From contig JAKFCY010000002.1 in the NCBI GenBank assembly GCA_036676395.1, positions 512,001 to 576,000 on the forward strand: a stretch of 64,000 nt of DNA, written 5' to 3'. Source of the DNA: Bdellovibrio sp. (GTDB taxonomy: Bacteria > Bdellovibrionota > Bdellovibrionia > Bdellovibrionales > Bdellovibrionaceae). The first letter of the stretch is position 1. The number at the start of each line of letters is the position of its first letter. The notes under the pieces were generated by a model, which saw only the letters and a list, made by a program, of their open reading frames with translations, made no database searches and was not told where the DNA came from. Below, piece by piece: positions 29,676 to 39,597 of the stretch. The position numbers were made by a program, and so were the translations under genes.

Positions 29676-30713
29676 TTATTTTCGGTGCTGTTTTTTACGT
29701 TGATGCCATTGTTCCATGGCGTACTTGCGCATGTCTTCGATGTTGTCGAATTCATCCATGATTTCAACGCCCAGTAGGGTTTCTACGGCGTCTTCAAGAG
29801 TCACCAAGCCGGTGGTTACGCCGTATTCATCGTTAACAATAGCTAAGTGGGATTTTTCTTTAATGAAAAAATCAAGTACATGAGAAACAGTCATACGCTC
29901 GGTCACATTTGAAATGGGCATAATTAATTCTGAGATTTTTTTGTGATGTTGATCCGCAGATAAGGCCTCTAAGATTTTATAACGGTGGGTGATTCCGATA
30001 ATGCGATCTAAAGAATCTTGATAAACAGGAATGCGAGAAAAGCGAATGGGCTTAAATTTTTTCGAAACCTCGTGAACACTCATCTCGCCGTCAAGAGCCA
30101 TAAAAACTGATCGTGGTGTCATGATGTCAGAGACAAAAACGTTATCTAACTTCATTAAATTTTTAATAATTGTAGATTCTTTGGCTTTTAAAGTGCCTTC
30201 TTCGACGCCGATTTCGGCATTCTTAATCATTTCATCACGAGTGATGTCTGGCTCTTCAGTGTTTGAAGCTAAAATGTGAGAAATTAAATCTGACATTTTT
30301 ACAAACGGATACACCGATATAGTCATGATCTGTACGCAGTAAGCGCAGAAAAAAGAAAATGATTTAGGATTGTTTTTACCGATAGTTTTCGGAACGATCT
30401 CAGAAAAAACTAAAATCATGAAAGTTAAAAATACAGAAAATAAAGTGACGTAGCTATCGCCGAATTCATTGTGAACAGCGTAGGCGATCCATGCTGAACC
30501 TAAAGTGTTTGAAATTGTATTTAAAGTTAAGATGGCAGAAATCGAACGGTCCATACGATCGACGACATGTTTTAAAACTTTTCCAGATTTTGGCCGTTGA
30601 TCGACGGCGACTTCTACGAATGCCGGCGATAGTGAAAGTAAAACAGCTTCACAAAGCGAGCAGATAAAAGAAATCGAAAGAATCAAAACAAAAGCGAGAA
30701 GAATTAAAGCCAT
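29676..30713 (-). CDS. CNNM/DUF21 + CBS domain protein (hemolysin/CorC-like)
   Basis: SFICSLCEAVLLS, ILTLNTISNTLG, SEIVPKT, IMTPRS, FSRIPVY, DEYG..GLVTLEDAVE. Confidence 0.93.
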   Translation of the reverse strand: MALILLAFVLILSISFICSLCEAVLLSLSPAFVEVAVDQRPKSGKVLKHVVDRMDRSISAILTLNTISNTLGSAWIAYAVHNEFGDSYVTLFSVFLTFMILVFSEIVPKTIGKNNPKSFSFFCAYCVQIMTISVYPFVKMSDLISHILASNTEEPDITRDEMIKNAEIGVEEGTLKAKESTIIKNLMKLDNVFVSDIMTPRSVFMALDGEMSVHEVSKKFKPIRFSRIPVYQDSLDRIIGITHRYKILEALSADQHHKKISELIMPISNVTERMTVSHVLDFFIKEKSHLAIVNDEYGVTTGLVTLEDAVETLLGVEIMDEFDNIEDMRKYAMEQWHQRKKQHRK

Positions 30714-30934
30714 AGAAGTCGATATCCTATCATTGATTTGGAAGCAAAAGCTAAGAGCAACTCGACTTTTGGCGCGGAATAATTGGCCACTATGCTTAAG
30801 TTTGATGCAAAAAAACAGCAGTGTTGTTTCCAGTGCAGCGTTGGTTTTCTGAGGGTAACTGGCGAACGTTCATTAGTTTAGATTTGTCTTTTGCGAACCA
30901 TTTTGTAGTCGCTTTTTTTGAAGCTATTATAAAA

Positions 30935-31456
30935 TTAAAATAAATACATCAATGTCGCGCTAGGGTACGTGTCTTTAACTGTTCTGATTTCAGACAGTGA
31001 ACTAGTTGTATCACTTTTATAAACAGTGGTGCGATCAGAGACTTGAAAACCAATATGAAATTGTCCGCCGATATGTTCTAGATAACCAAAATCAATTTGT
31101 TGGCCTTCGCCATTTGTCCAAGTGCCGACTTGGGCTAAGATATCGTAATGGCCTAAAATAAACCAGCCACGCTGCCAGTAATAACCTACAGATGGTCCGT
31201 AAGCTTTGCCAGCTTCACTGCCTGCTTCATTGCGTGATTCGATTAAATAACGAAATCCAAAAGTAGGTCCGCCGCGAACAAAGTACAATAAATTCATATC
31301 GACTTTATTTGTGTACACCGAGTTTTGAAAACTATCTTGAGACTGGCGATAAGTGAGTCCGCCTTGAACGATAATTGAATACATGCGTGGGGCCAACGCT
31401 GCCGAGCAATTCAAAGATAGAAAAAAAATAAAAAAGATCCAGCAATAGTGACGCAT
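30935..31456 (-). CDS. Small outer-membrane beta-barrel hypothetical protein
   Basis: Signal peptide, alternating beta strands (YGPSVGYYW), C-terminal Y-x-F. Confidence 0.65.
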   Translation of the reverse strand: MRHYCWIFFIFFLSLNCSAALAPRMYSIIVQGGLTYRQSQDSFQNSVYTNKVDMNLLYFVRGGPTFGFRYLIESRNEAGSEAGKAYGPSVGYYWQRGWFILGHYDILAQVGTWTNGEGQQIDFGYLEHIGGQFHIGFQVSDRTTVYKSDTTSSLSEIRTVKDTYPSATLMYLF

Positions 31457-31624
31457 ATTTTCATTTCCATTTTAGGACATGTAAAAACAAATTGTATATC
31501 AAATTTCACAAATCTTAGGGCATTTTAAGCCTAAGTTTTCGATATTTACCGCTTAGTATGCATTTGAAAGTGGTCTAAGTATTGAAAAGTCTAATTGTTC
31601 TAAAATTTTTTAAAGGAGATAAAA

Positions 31625-32473
31625 ATGTCGAAACTGTTAACTGCGCCGTTATGCGCCTTAATTTTAGTAATTGGACTTTCAGGTTGTAATGATTCGGATG
31701 ACGAAATTTCTGAAAGCCTTGGTTCATCATCTGATTTGACAATGCAACAAATCGGCGAAGCCATGGTGTCGATTGATGAATCCAGTGGTAATTCAAGCGG
31801 AACCGTCACACGTTCAAGTTTTCTTGAAGCGTCATGTAGCGGTGTAAGTTTTGGGGCTTGCGGTGCCAGCGTTTCAAGTACGACCGTTAAAGATTTTGGC
31901 GGCTGCACGATTGCCGGTGGTCTTGTTTCGGTTTCGGGAACTGTTTCATTGGCTTTTGCCGGAACAGGATCAGGAACCTGCACGATTCCAACAAACGGAG
32001 ATAGCGTAAGTCGAGTACCTGCATTTACCGCCACACTAGTCGGAGGAGTCACTTTCACAACCAGTACAGTAACTGCGTCAGGACAAGTTTTAACTCGCCT
32101 CGGGGCGAGTAGCTTCGCTTTAAATAATACCGGCGTTCATCAAGTGTATACCTCAGCCGATGGAGATGTTTTGGCTGATATAACAACGCTGACAACATCT
32201 GATATTACCATTTCAGGAACTACCAGAGCAAATCGCGTCGTAAACGGCGGAGCTTTGCAAATCACAAATAATTTAACTGCCCAAGTTTGTACGGTCAGCC
32301 CGAATGATGTGACGTGGGCATCGTCAAGTTGTAATTGTCCGACGTCTGGCACATGGACAGGATCATGTTCAACCGGAGAAACGTTATCCATGACCTTTAC
32401 ATCGACGTGCGGAAGTGTAGACACTATGTTCGGCACGGCTTCAAAAACATTAACAATTGATCGTTGTAATTAA
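31625..32473 (+). CDS. Ser/Thr/Gly-rich, Cys-containing lipoprotein
   Basis: AAGGAG SD, lipobox LSGC, beta-strand-like T/S/G-rich body with several cysteines. Confidence 0.85.
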   Translation: MSKLLTAPLCALILVIGLSGCNDSDDEISESLGSSSDLTMQQIGEAMVSIDESSGNSSGTVTRSSFLEASCSGVSFGACGASVSSTTVKDFGGCTIAGGLVSVSGTVSLAFAGTGSGTCTIPTNGDSVSRVPAFTATLVGGVTFTTSTVTASGQVLTRLGASSFALNNTGVHQVYTSADGDVLADITTLTTSDITISGTTRANRVVNGGALQITNNLTAQVCTVSPNDVTWASSSCNCPTSGTWTGSCSTGETLSMTFTSTCGSVDTMFGTASKTLTIDRCN

Positions 32474-32488
32474 AATTAGAAAAATATC

Positions 32489-32526
32489 AAAAAAAAAGCC
32501 CCGGTATTTCTACCAGGGCTTTTTTT
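32489..32526. terminator. Bidirectional intrinsic terminator (fusA / lipoprotein)
   Basis: A9-GCCCCGGT-atttct-ACCAGGGC-T7. Confidence 0.88.
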
Positions 32527-32550
32527 ATTTTAACTTTTCATTAAAACTTA

Positions 32551-34662
32551 TTATTTATTTTCTGCAGCACGTTTTGCAGCGTACTTCTTAGCAAGTTCTT
32601 CTTGAACGTTACGAGGAGCAGGTTGGTATTTTGCAAATTCCATAGAGAATTCGCCTTTACCTTTAGTGCTTGAACGTAAGTCAGTCGAATAACCGAACAT
32701 TTCAGTTAACGGAACTTCCGCCTCAATCGTTACAGTGCCTTCGATCGTTGTTGTGCCAACGATAACGCCACGACGTTGATTGATTTGGCCAGATGCCGGA
32801 CCTTGATATTCTTCAGGAACAGTTGTTTCAAGCTTCATGATCGGCTCAAGAACTGTTGGTTTAGCTTTTTGATAAACTTCACGCATTGCTGCCATCGCCG
32901 CAATTTTGAACGCCATGTAAGATGAATCGACATCATGGTAAGCGCCGTCAGTTAAATCAACTTCAACACCAACGATTGGGAAACCAATCATAGGTCCTTT
33001 TTTACATTGCTCAGCGAAACCTTCTTCAACAGCTGGGATGAATTCTTTAGGAATACGACCACCCACAACTTTGTTTTGGAATTTGAATACTGCGCCATCT
33101 TCTTGTGCTTCTAAAGGACGGATAGCCCCAGAGATTTTCGCGAATTGACCAGAACCACCTGTTTGTTTTTTATGAGTGTAATCGTAATCAGCTGCTGCAC
33201 CGATAGTTTCACGGTAAGCAACTTGCGGTTGACCCACAGTTACTTCACAGTTGAATTCACGTTTCATACGTTCAACGTAGATTTCTAAGTGAAGCTCGCC
33301 CATTCCAGAGATGATCGTTTCATTTGATTCTTCATCACGGTGAACGCGGAAAGTAGGATCTTCTTTACGAAACTTTTGTAAAGCTTTAGTAAAGTTATTA
33401 GTACCTTCTTTAGTTTTAGGAGCGATAGCTAATGAGATAACTGAATCAGCGATATGCATAGATTGCATAGAAGCATTGATTCTGTCGTCACAGAAAGTAT
33501 CACCAGACGCGCAATCGATACCGAACATAGCTACGATGTCACCAGCGTAAGCAACGTCAGTGTCTTCCATTTTATCAGAGTGCATGCGAACAACGCGCGG
33601 TACTTTAACCGATTTTTTGTTCGTTTGATTGATAATGAAGTCACCTTTTTTAAGAGTACCTTGGTAGATACGCATGTAAGTTAACTGACCGAATTGTGTT
33701 TCTTGTAATTTGAAGGCAAGAGCAACAAGTGGCATGTCGTTATCTGTTTTTAAAGGAAATTTTTCTTCGCCTTTGTTTAAGTCTAACGCCATTTCAGTTT
33801 TTTCAGTTGGATTTGGTAAGTAATAAGTTACGCCATCAAGTAAATGCTGAACGTTTTTATTTTTGAACGCAGATCCGCAGAATACTGGAACTAATTTTAA
33901 TGAGATAACGCCTTTACGAACAGCAGCTTTCATTTCTTCTACTGTTGGCATTTCTTCCATTAAGAATTTTTCAGCAATACCATCATCGAAATCAGCAAGT
34001 TTACCGATTAATTCTTGTTGGTATTTTTTAGCGTCGTCAGCTAATTCAGCTGGCATTGGGATTTCAACGATATTTTCGCCGTCTTCACCTTGATTTTGGA
34101 AAGCTTTCATTGTGATTAAATCAACGATACCAACGTGTTTATCTTCTAAACCGATTGGAATGTTAATCATTACTGCATTTAATTTTAATTTATCAACTAA
34201 AGCATCTTTAACACGGAAAGGGTTTGCACCTTGACGGTCAAGTTTGTTGATAAATGCTAAACGAGGAACGCTGTAACGTTTCATCTGACGATCAACAGTG
34301 ATTGACTGTGACTGTACGCCAGAAACGCCGCAAAGTACTAGGATCGCTCCATCTAATACGCGAAGTGAACGTTCAACTTCTACTGTGAAGTCAACGTGCC
34401 CCGGTGTATCGATTAAGTTAATTGTATAATCTTTCCACTGAACTTGAGTTGCAGCAGATTGAATTGTGATCCCTTTTTCTCTTTCAAGATCCATAGAATC
34501 CATAGTCGCGCCAACGCCGTCTTTACCTTTTACTTCATGGATTTCGTGAATACGACCACCGTAGAAAAGGATACGCTCAGATAAAGTAGTTTTTCCTGAG
34601 TCGATATGCGCTGAGATACCGATATTGCGGACTTTGTTAATGTCCCAAGGAGCTTTTGCCAT
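32551..34662 (-). CDS. fusA: Elongation factor G (stand-alone, spdEFG1/mtEFG1-like)
   Basis: [57 protein letters not shown]; start ATG 34662 after the GAGG SD. Confidence 0.97.
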   Translation of the reverse strand: MAKAPWDINKVRNIGISAHIDSGKTTLSERILFYGGRIHEIHEVKGKDGVGATMDSMDLEREKGITIQSAATQVQWKDYTINLIDTPGHVDFTVEVERSLRVLDGAILVLCGVSGVQSQSITVDRQMKRYSVPRLAFINKLDRQGANPFRVKDALVDKLKLNAVMINIPIGLEDKHVGIVDLITMKAFQNQGEDGENIVEIPMPAELADDAKKYQQELIGKLADFDDGIAEKFLMEEMPTVEEMKAAVRKGVISLKLVPVFCGSAFKNKNVQHLLDGVTYYLPNPTEKTEMALDLNKGEEKFPLKTDNDMPLVALAFKLQETQFGQLTYMRIYQGTLKKGDFIINQTNKKSVKVPRVVRMHSDKMEDTDVAYAGDIVAMFGIDCASGDTFCDDRINASMQSMHIADSVISLAIAPKTKEGTNNFTKALQKFRKEDPTFRVHRDEESNETIISGMGELHLEIYVERMKREFNCEVTVGQPQVAYRETIGAAADYDYTHKKQTGGSGQFAKISGAIRPLEAQEDGAVFKFQNKVVGGRIPKEFIPAVEEGFAEQCKKGPMIGFPIVGVEVDLTDGAYHDVDSSYMAFKIAAMAAMREVYQKAKPTVLEPIMKLETTVPEEYQGPASGQINQRRGVIVGTTTIEGTVTIEAEVPLTEMFGYSTDLRSSTKGKGEFSMEFAKYQPAPRNVQEELAKKYAAKRAAENK

Positions 34663-34789
34663 TTTTAACCTCATGGTTGGGGTTTATGTTGTTGTTTTTA
34701 CTTATTAAATTTTTATGTAAAGATAAGGGTCTATCAGAGTTTTTTCACAGTGGCAAACGCTATGGCAGGCGCCCAAAATAAGAGCAAGT

Positions 34790-34806
34790 GTGGAGCCGGC
34801 TTTGCA
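34790..34806 (+). promoter_or_regulatory. Putative sigma54 promoter
   Basis: GTGGAGCCGGCTTTGCA: GG(34792-34793)-N10-GC(34804-34805). Confidence 0.45.
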
Positions 34807-34938
34807 AAGTCTAAAAGCAGCTATGTTTTTGTACGTAAGTTGGCGCTCAAATCTATTATATTTGCTTACAGCACTAGATGTGTCGGTAGTTTCGACAGCG
34901 GGCCTGCTTTCGTCAGTCATTACAAGGAGAAAATCCCA

Positions 34939-35775
34939 ATGATATTACGAATTGTTTTATTTTTGCTCTTAGCCTCATCACAGGTCTGGGCTCAAGGTCA
35001 ATGTCAGAACCTATTTGCAGATCATCAACTTCTGTTAGACCGCAAAAGTCTGGTTGAACAGGATTTGATTCAAATCTATGAGGTCGAAGTTGCTGGAAAA
35101 ACAGCTGCAGAAGTTGCGGCCATGAATCTTAAAACGATCGAAAGCATTCACGAAGAAATTCCTTTCAGAAGCACTTCAAATCGAGGTGTATGGATCAATG
35201 AAACCGTAGCGAATAGACTTGTCGATTTAACTTATGAAAACCCTGTGGTGAATCCAGGACTAAAAAAATACGATCCTAAGCGTAACATTGGTTTTTGTTT
35301 TGGGCGTGCGACATTTATTCACTTGATGCTTTTAAAAATGGGATTACAAAAAAATTCGATCCGTAAAATCTGGGCGATCGGCCCTATGAATACCGGCGAA
35401 ATCACTTGGCGTTACCATGTTGCAACGATGGCTTATACCAAAACAAAAGGTTGGCTTGTGCTTGATACAAATCACGGCCAGGCGGTATCAGCCCAAGAAT
35501 GGATTGCGACTTATTCGAAAATGAGTACCGACGGTAAGCTTCGCTTTTATACCAGTGACGCCAGTAAGCTTTCATTTATGATTGGAAAGTATTCGCGCCT
35601 GCAACTAGGTATGGATATTAATCAGGAGCGTGATTATTACCGTGGCTACTTTAAAGACATGATGGAATGGGTGCGTAAAAGAAAATTATCACAAGATGGG
35701 ATTGTTTCTGTGGATAAAGAGCCAAACACGACGATGTCGGATATGTGGAGTTCCGTCGTTGAGTTTTTGAGATAA
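34939..35775 (+). CDS. Secreted protein with protein-glutaminase-like (Cys-His-Asp) domain
   Basis: AAGGAG SD, signal peptide MILRIVLFLLLASSQVWA; motifs GFCFGRA, WRYHVAT, WLVLD. Confidence 0.7.
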   Translation: MILRIVLFLLLASSQVWAQGQCQNLFADHQLLLDRKSLVEQDLIQIYEVEVAGKTAAEVAAMNLKTIESIHEEIPFRSTSNRGVWINETVANRLVDLTYENPVVNPGLKKYDPKRNIGFCFGRATFIHLMLLKMGLQKNSIRKIWAIGPMNTGEITWRYHVATMAYTKTKGWLVLDTNHGQAVSAQEWIATYSKMSTDGKLRFYTSDASKLSFMIGKYSRLQLGMDINQERDYYRGYFKDMMEWVRKRKLSQDGIVSVDKEPNTTMSDMWSSVVEFLR

Positions 35776-35793
35776 ATTCTTTACTATCATCTG

Positions 35794-37245
35794 GTGCAAG
35801 ATATATTACAAAAACATTTTGGCTTTAATCAATTTCGTGGCGCTCAAAAAGAAGTGATCGAGCGCCTTTTGGCGGGGCATTCGACTTTAGCATTAATGCC
35901 CACAGGTACCGGAAAAAGTTTATGCTACCAATATATCGCGCACGTGCAAAAGCCTGGTGAACTGGTTTTAGTGGTTTCTCCGCTGATAGCCTTAATGCAA
36001 GACCAAACACAAAAAGCGAATGAAGTGGGCTTGCGTGCTTCATTTGTCAATTCATCTATTTCTGCCGATGAAAAAGAAAAACGTCTGCGCCAATTAGCGG
36101 ATGGCCTGTTTAATATTTTCTTTGTCACACCTGAACGTTTTAAAAAAGCTGATTTTTTAGAAGTTATATTAAAACAAAAAATTTCATTATTTGTTGTTGA
36201 TGAAGCTCATTGTGTCAGTCTTTGGGGGCATGATTTTAGACCTGATTATGCAAAGCTTGGCCCGGTGATTGATAAATTAGGAAAGCCTACGGTATTAGGA
36301 TTGACCGCAACGGCGACAATTCCGGTACAAAAAGAAATTTGCATTTCACTAGGTCTTGAAACTGAAAAAGGGATTGTTACAAGTGGGATTGAACGCCCTG
36401 AATTAGCTTTACGAGTTGAAGAAATTTACGGCGAAGAAGAAAAATTTCAGACGATGTATGATTTAATGTCTAAACATCCTGATCAGTCAGGGATTGTGTA
36501 TTTTTCTCTTATAGCTACGTTAGAAAACTTCGGTCGTTTTTTGCAGAGACAGAAATTTCCATTTTTAAAATACAATGGCGATATGTCACCAGGACAGCGC
36601 CGGCAAAATCAAAACGCATTTATTAAAAACTCGTCACGTTTAGAAAATAAGTGGATGTTAGCGACTCCGGCTTTTGGTTTAGGGGTTGATAAACCTGATG
36701 TGCGTTTTGTTTTTCATAGCGAAATTCCATCAACATTAGAATCATACTATCAAGAAGTGGGGCGTGGCGGTCGTGATGGCAAACCGGCGCAAGCCATTTT
36801 GTTTTACGATGAAGACGATGTTTCGATTCAAATGCAATTTTTAGACTGGGCTTATCCAGAAAAAAACTTTATTACTAAAGTGTATTTTTTAATTCAGGAT
36901 AATTTTGAACGTGTATCACAACAGGGTTTTGATTTTTTACGCGAACAAATGCTGTTTAAAACTAAAAAAGATTACCGGGTGCAATCAGCAGTCAGTATTT
37001 TAACTCGCTGGGGTTGTTTAGAAGAAGTAGATACCTTGTTCGGTTATCGCGCCGTACAACCTCCTGAAGATTCGTTATTCACTGAAGAAAACCAAGATCT
37101 TTTAAAAAAAGAACATCAAAAAAAATTACTCACGATTTTACAATGGGTTAAAAACACTGATGAATGCCGAATGAAGCGCATCTATTTATATTTCGGTCAC
37201 TATATCGAAAAGCCTTGCGGTGTGTGTGATGTCTGCACACAGTAA
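35794..37245 (+). CDS. recQ: RecQ family ATP-dependent DNA helicase (short form)
   Basis: [47 protein letters not shown], Zn site CRM...CGVCDVC. Confidence 0.93.
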   Translation: MQDILQKHFGFNQFRGAQKEVIERLLAGHSTLALMPTGTGKSLCYQYIAHVQKPGELVLVVSPLIALMQDQTQKANEVGLRASFVNSSISADEKEKRLRQLADGLFNIFFVTPERFKKADFLEVILKQKISLFVVDEAHCVSLWGHDFRPDYAKLGPVIDKLGKPTVLGLTATATIPVQKEICISLGLETEKGIVTSGIERPELALRVEEIYGEEEKFQTMYDLMSKHPDQSGIVYFSLIATLENFGRFLQRQKFPFLKYNGDMSPGQRRQNQNAFIKNSSRLENKWMLATPAFGLGVDKPDVRFVFHSEIPSTLESYYQEVGRGGRDGKPAQAILFYDEDDVSIQMQFLDWAYPEKNFITKVYFLIQDNFERVSQQGFDFLREQMLFKTKKDYRVQSAVSILTRWGCLEEVDTLFGYRAVQPPEDSLFTEENQDLLKKEHQKKLLTILQWVKNTDECRMKRIYLYFGHYIEKPCGVCDVCTQ

Positions 37246-37870
37246 TGTTCTTAACGATTTTCCAGATCCACACACGACCGAGATCCTTGAAGATGTGATA
37301 GCTGTAGGCGGGATTTTAGACGCTCCCAATTTACAGCTTGCTTACAGTATGGGGATTTTTCCGTGGCCGCATGAGGGGTATCCGCTGTTGTGGTTTTGTC
37401 CTGAAGAGCGCGGCATTCTAGAGTTTTCTGAACTTTATGTAAACCGCAGTCTGGATAAGTGGATCCGTAAAAATGCTCCCAGTATTACAGTCACAGTAAA
37501 TAAGGACTTTGCGCAGGTGATTTATGAATGCCAGCAGCAAGTTCGCCAAGGGCAAGTTGGTACGTGGATCACTTCTGAAATCATCGAAGCGTACACGCAG
37601 TTGCACAAGCTTGGGGGCGCGATTTCAGTTGAATGCTGGGAAGATGATGTGATGATATCTGGAATTTACGGTGTGAAGTGTGACAACTATTTTAGCTGTG
37701 AAAGTATGTTCTTTAAAAAATCAAACGCTTCTAAATATGCTTTTTTAAAATTAGTCGAGCATTTAGAAACACTGGGGCTTGATTGGATGGATTTACAGAT
37801 GGTCACTGATGTATCGGGTTCATTCGGCGGAAAATACATTTCACGCGAAGAATTTTTAGAGCGAATTTAA
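37229..37870 (+). CDS. aat: Leucyl/phenylalanyl-tRNA--protein transferase
   Basis: [30 protein letters not shown]...NASK. Confidence 0.93.
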   Translation: MSAHSNVLNDFPDPHTTEILEDVIAVGGILDAPNLQLAYSMGIFPWPHEGYPLLWFCPEERGILEFSELYVNRSLDKWIRKNAPSITVTVNKDFAQVIYECQQQVRQGQVGTWITSEIIEAYTQLHKLGGAISVECWEDDVMISGIYGVKCDNYFSCESMFFKKSNASKYAFLKLVEHLETLGLDWMDLQMVTDVSGSFGGKYISREEFLERI

Positions 37871-38853
37871 ATTGTTAATATTTCTGGCATAGGTTTACGC
37901 TTTTCAAGTTTCCGGATTGCTTTGTAAATCCAAGTTTTATGAAAGTCTAAATTTAAATACATGCTTTCGCCGTAACAACTATTATACGTATTTGTCAGGT
38001 CTTCATCTTTTACTTTAAAAGTTGCAATAGCAATACCTTGTAAATACAACTCATCATCTCGCACAGCAAATAACGGAGCACCAGAATCGCCGGTACAAAC
38101 TCCAGAAGAAAATCTTTGACTGCGGCTGATTACCTGTTGCGAAAAATCTGTAATATTTAAAGTCAGCTGTGCTTTCATCAGGGTACCATTCAGAGGTGGT
38201 GAGTTATCGTCGAAGCTTTTTTCCTGAAAGCGCGGGTCATCGGTAAGTCTGTTGTATTCGCTGATGCGGCCATAACCGGCAACAAAAGCTTCTGCTGTCA
38301 GTTTGATGTCTTTACTTTGAGTCATATGAATAACTGAGTCTTTATCTTGAAAATAAGAGTTCGAATATTTTGCGCCAGCTATTGGGCGGCTTAATTTTAA
38401 AACGGCAAGATCATAGAAGTTAGAACGGTTTTGCGGGCCTGGTGCAATCGATTTTTTTATTTCACGCAAGCGTGCTTCCTGATATTCGCCAGGAAATTCG
38501 TAATTAGCAATTTTATAGATTTGGTCTGGTGTTATCGCTTGGTTCGCGTCATCTGTAAAAATCACGCGCGATTCTTTAATATTTTCAGTGCAATGGGCTG
38601 CCGTCAGAACGTAATACTGGTCGATGATTACGCCGCTGCACAAACCGAATTTACGAAATAACGAAGGTGAACTCAGATCGAAAGAAAAGTTTTTCGCAAT
38701 GTAAACAGTGCGCCCCAAAATTTGGTCACCGGGCCCTACAGCCGTACCACGTAAAATGCTGCCATCGATTTTGGTTTTATCCATGAAATTACCATCACCG
38801 CAGGCGGTAAACAGAAAACTTAGAAATAGCGTAGCCAGAAGACGTAAAGTCAT
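37867..38853 (-). CDS. S1 (trypsin-fold) serine protease lipoprotein
   Basis: Lipobox FTAC; catalytic TAAHC, DLAVL, GDSGAP. Confidence 0.9.
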   Translation of the reverse strand: MTLRLLATLFLSFLFTACGDGNFMDKTKIDGSILRGTAVGPGDQILGRTVYIAKNFSFDLSSPSLFRKFGLCSGVIIDQYYVLTAAHCTENIKESRVIFTDDANQAITPDQIYKIANYEFPGEYQEARLREIKKSIAPGPQNRSNFYDLAVLKLSRPIAGAKYSNSYFQDKDSVIHMTQSKDIKLTAEAFVAGYGRISEYNRLTDDPRFQEKSFDDNSPPLNGTLMKAQLTLNITDFSQQVISRSQRFSSGVCTGDSGAPLFAVRDDELYLQGIAIATFKVKDEDLTNTYNSCYGESMYLNLDFHKTWIYKAIRKLEKRKPMPEILTI

Positions 38854-39020
38854 AGCTATAAGCATTTCAAGAATTGTGCACGCTAGATCGAATTACGGTG
38901 GATTTGGCGACACCCAAAGCGTCGAACTTAAAAGCGGTTGTTAAAGAAGTAACAGTCGTCGCAAAAGCTACAAAATCGAAGTGTCTCAAAATGAGATTTG
39001 TTTGACAGGTGGCTTATAAG

Positions 39021-39497
39021 CTACAGATACAGGTTGATTAAGACTAACCAACTTAAAATCGAAAAAAACATTAATGTCAGATAGAAAAAGTGATCACTTA
39101 ATTTTTTATCATCAGTTGTGATGTTGTACTTTTTGGTATCTACCTTTTGCGCTAGACCTTGAACCAGGTTGATGCGCTGTAAACGGTCTAACTTATAAAA
39201 ATGCACAGCCACTTCGTTTGAATAGCTATCGTCTGGGGCAATACGAATAACAATGGCATAACAGGCCATTGTTTCAGATCCCGGTACTGCAAATTGAATT
39301 TTGATAATTTCGCCAAGCTGCGGTGACAGGTCACTGGCGCAAATGAAAGACAAGCCCGTCAACGAAACATTTCTGAGTTCAGTTTTTTCTTCCCACGGTA
39401 AACGCTCTGCGCCTGAAAAGCGAATCAGATTATTATCCTGGGTATCCAGAATGTATCGCGGAGATCGAGCATGGTAACGAGCTAAAGAGCCAGACAT
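39021..39497 (-). CDS. PilZ domain protein with C-terminal TM helix
   Basis: RxxxR-like ARSPRY and NVSLTGL (D/NxSxxG) c-di-GMP motifs. Confidence 0.85.
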   Translation of the reverse strand: MSGSLARYHARSPRYILDTQDNNLIRFSGAERLPWEEKTELRNVSLTGLSFICASDLSPQLGEIIKIQFAVPGSETMACYAIVIRIAPDDSYSNEVAVHFYKLDRLQRINLVQGLAQKVDTKKYNITTDDKKLSDHFFYLTLMFFSILSWLVLINLYL

Positions 39498-39507
39498 ATT
39501 ACCTAAC

Positions 39508-39534
39508 TTATCGGCTAGTCGGGTAATGACCTAA
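39508..39534 (-). promoter_or_regulatory. Putative sigma28 (FliA) promoter of the PilZ gene
   Basis: Minus strand TTAG-N15-GCCGATAA; the -10 is the exact FliA consensus. Confidence 0.7.
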
Positions 39535-39559
39535 AGACAGGAACAGACAGTATCTTGAC

Positions 39560-39588
39560 TTGAACCTAACAATCTTCAGTCTTAAACT
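39560..39588 (+). promoter_or_regulatory. Putative sigma70 promoter of ppk1
   Basis: TTGAAC-N17-TAAACT, 9 nt before ATG. Confidence 0.55.
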
Positions 39589-39597
39589 GAGACACTC

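Noticed and set aside
31600..32058. 152 aa Pro/Thr/Val-rich antisense ORF
   Set aside because: Mirror of the Ser/Thr/Gly-rich lipoprotein, which has the SD, lipobox and terminator.
34750..34938. 63 aa N-terminal extension of the 34750 ORF
   Set aside because: A strong SD and signal peptide at 34939 mark the real start; the extension is divergent promoter DNA.
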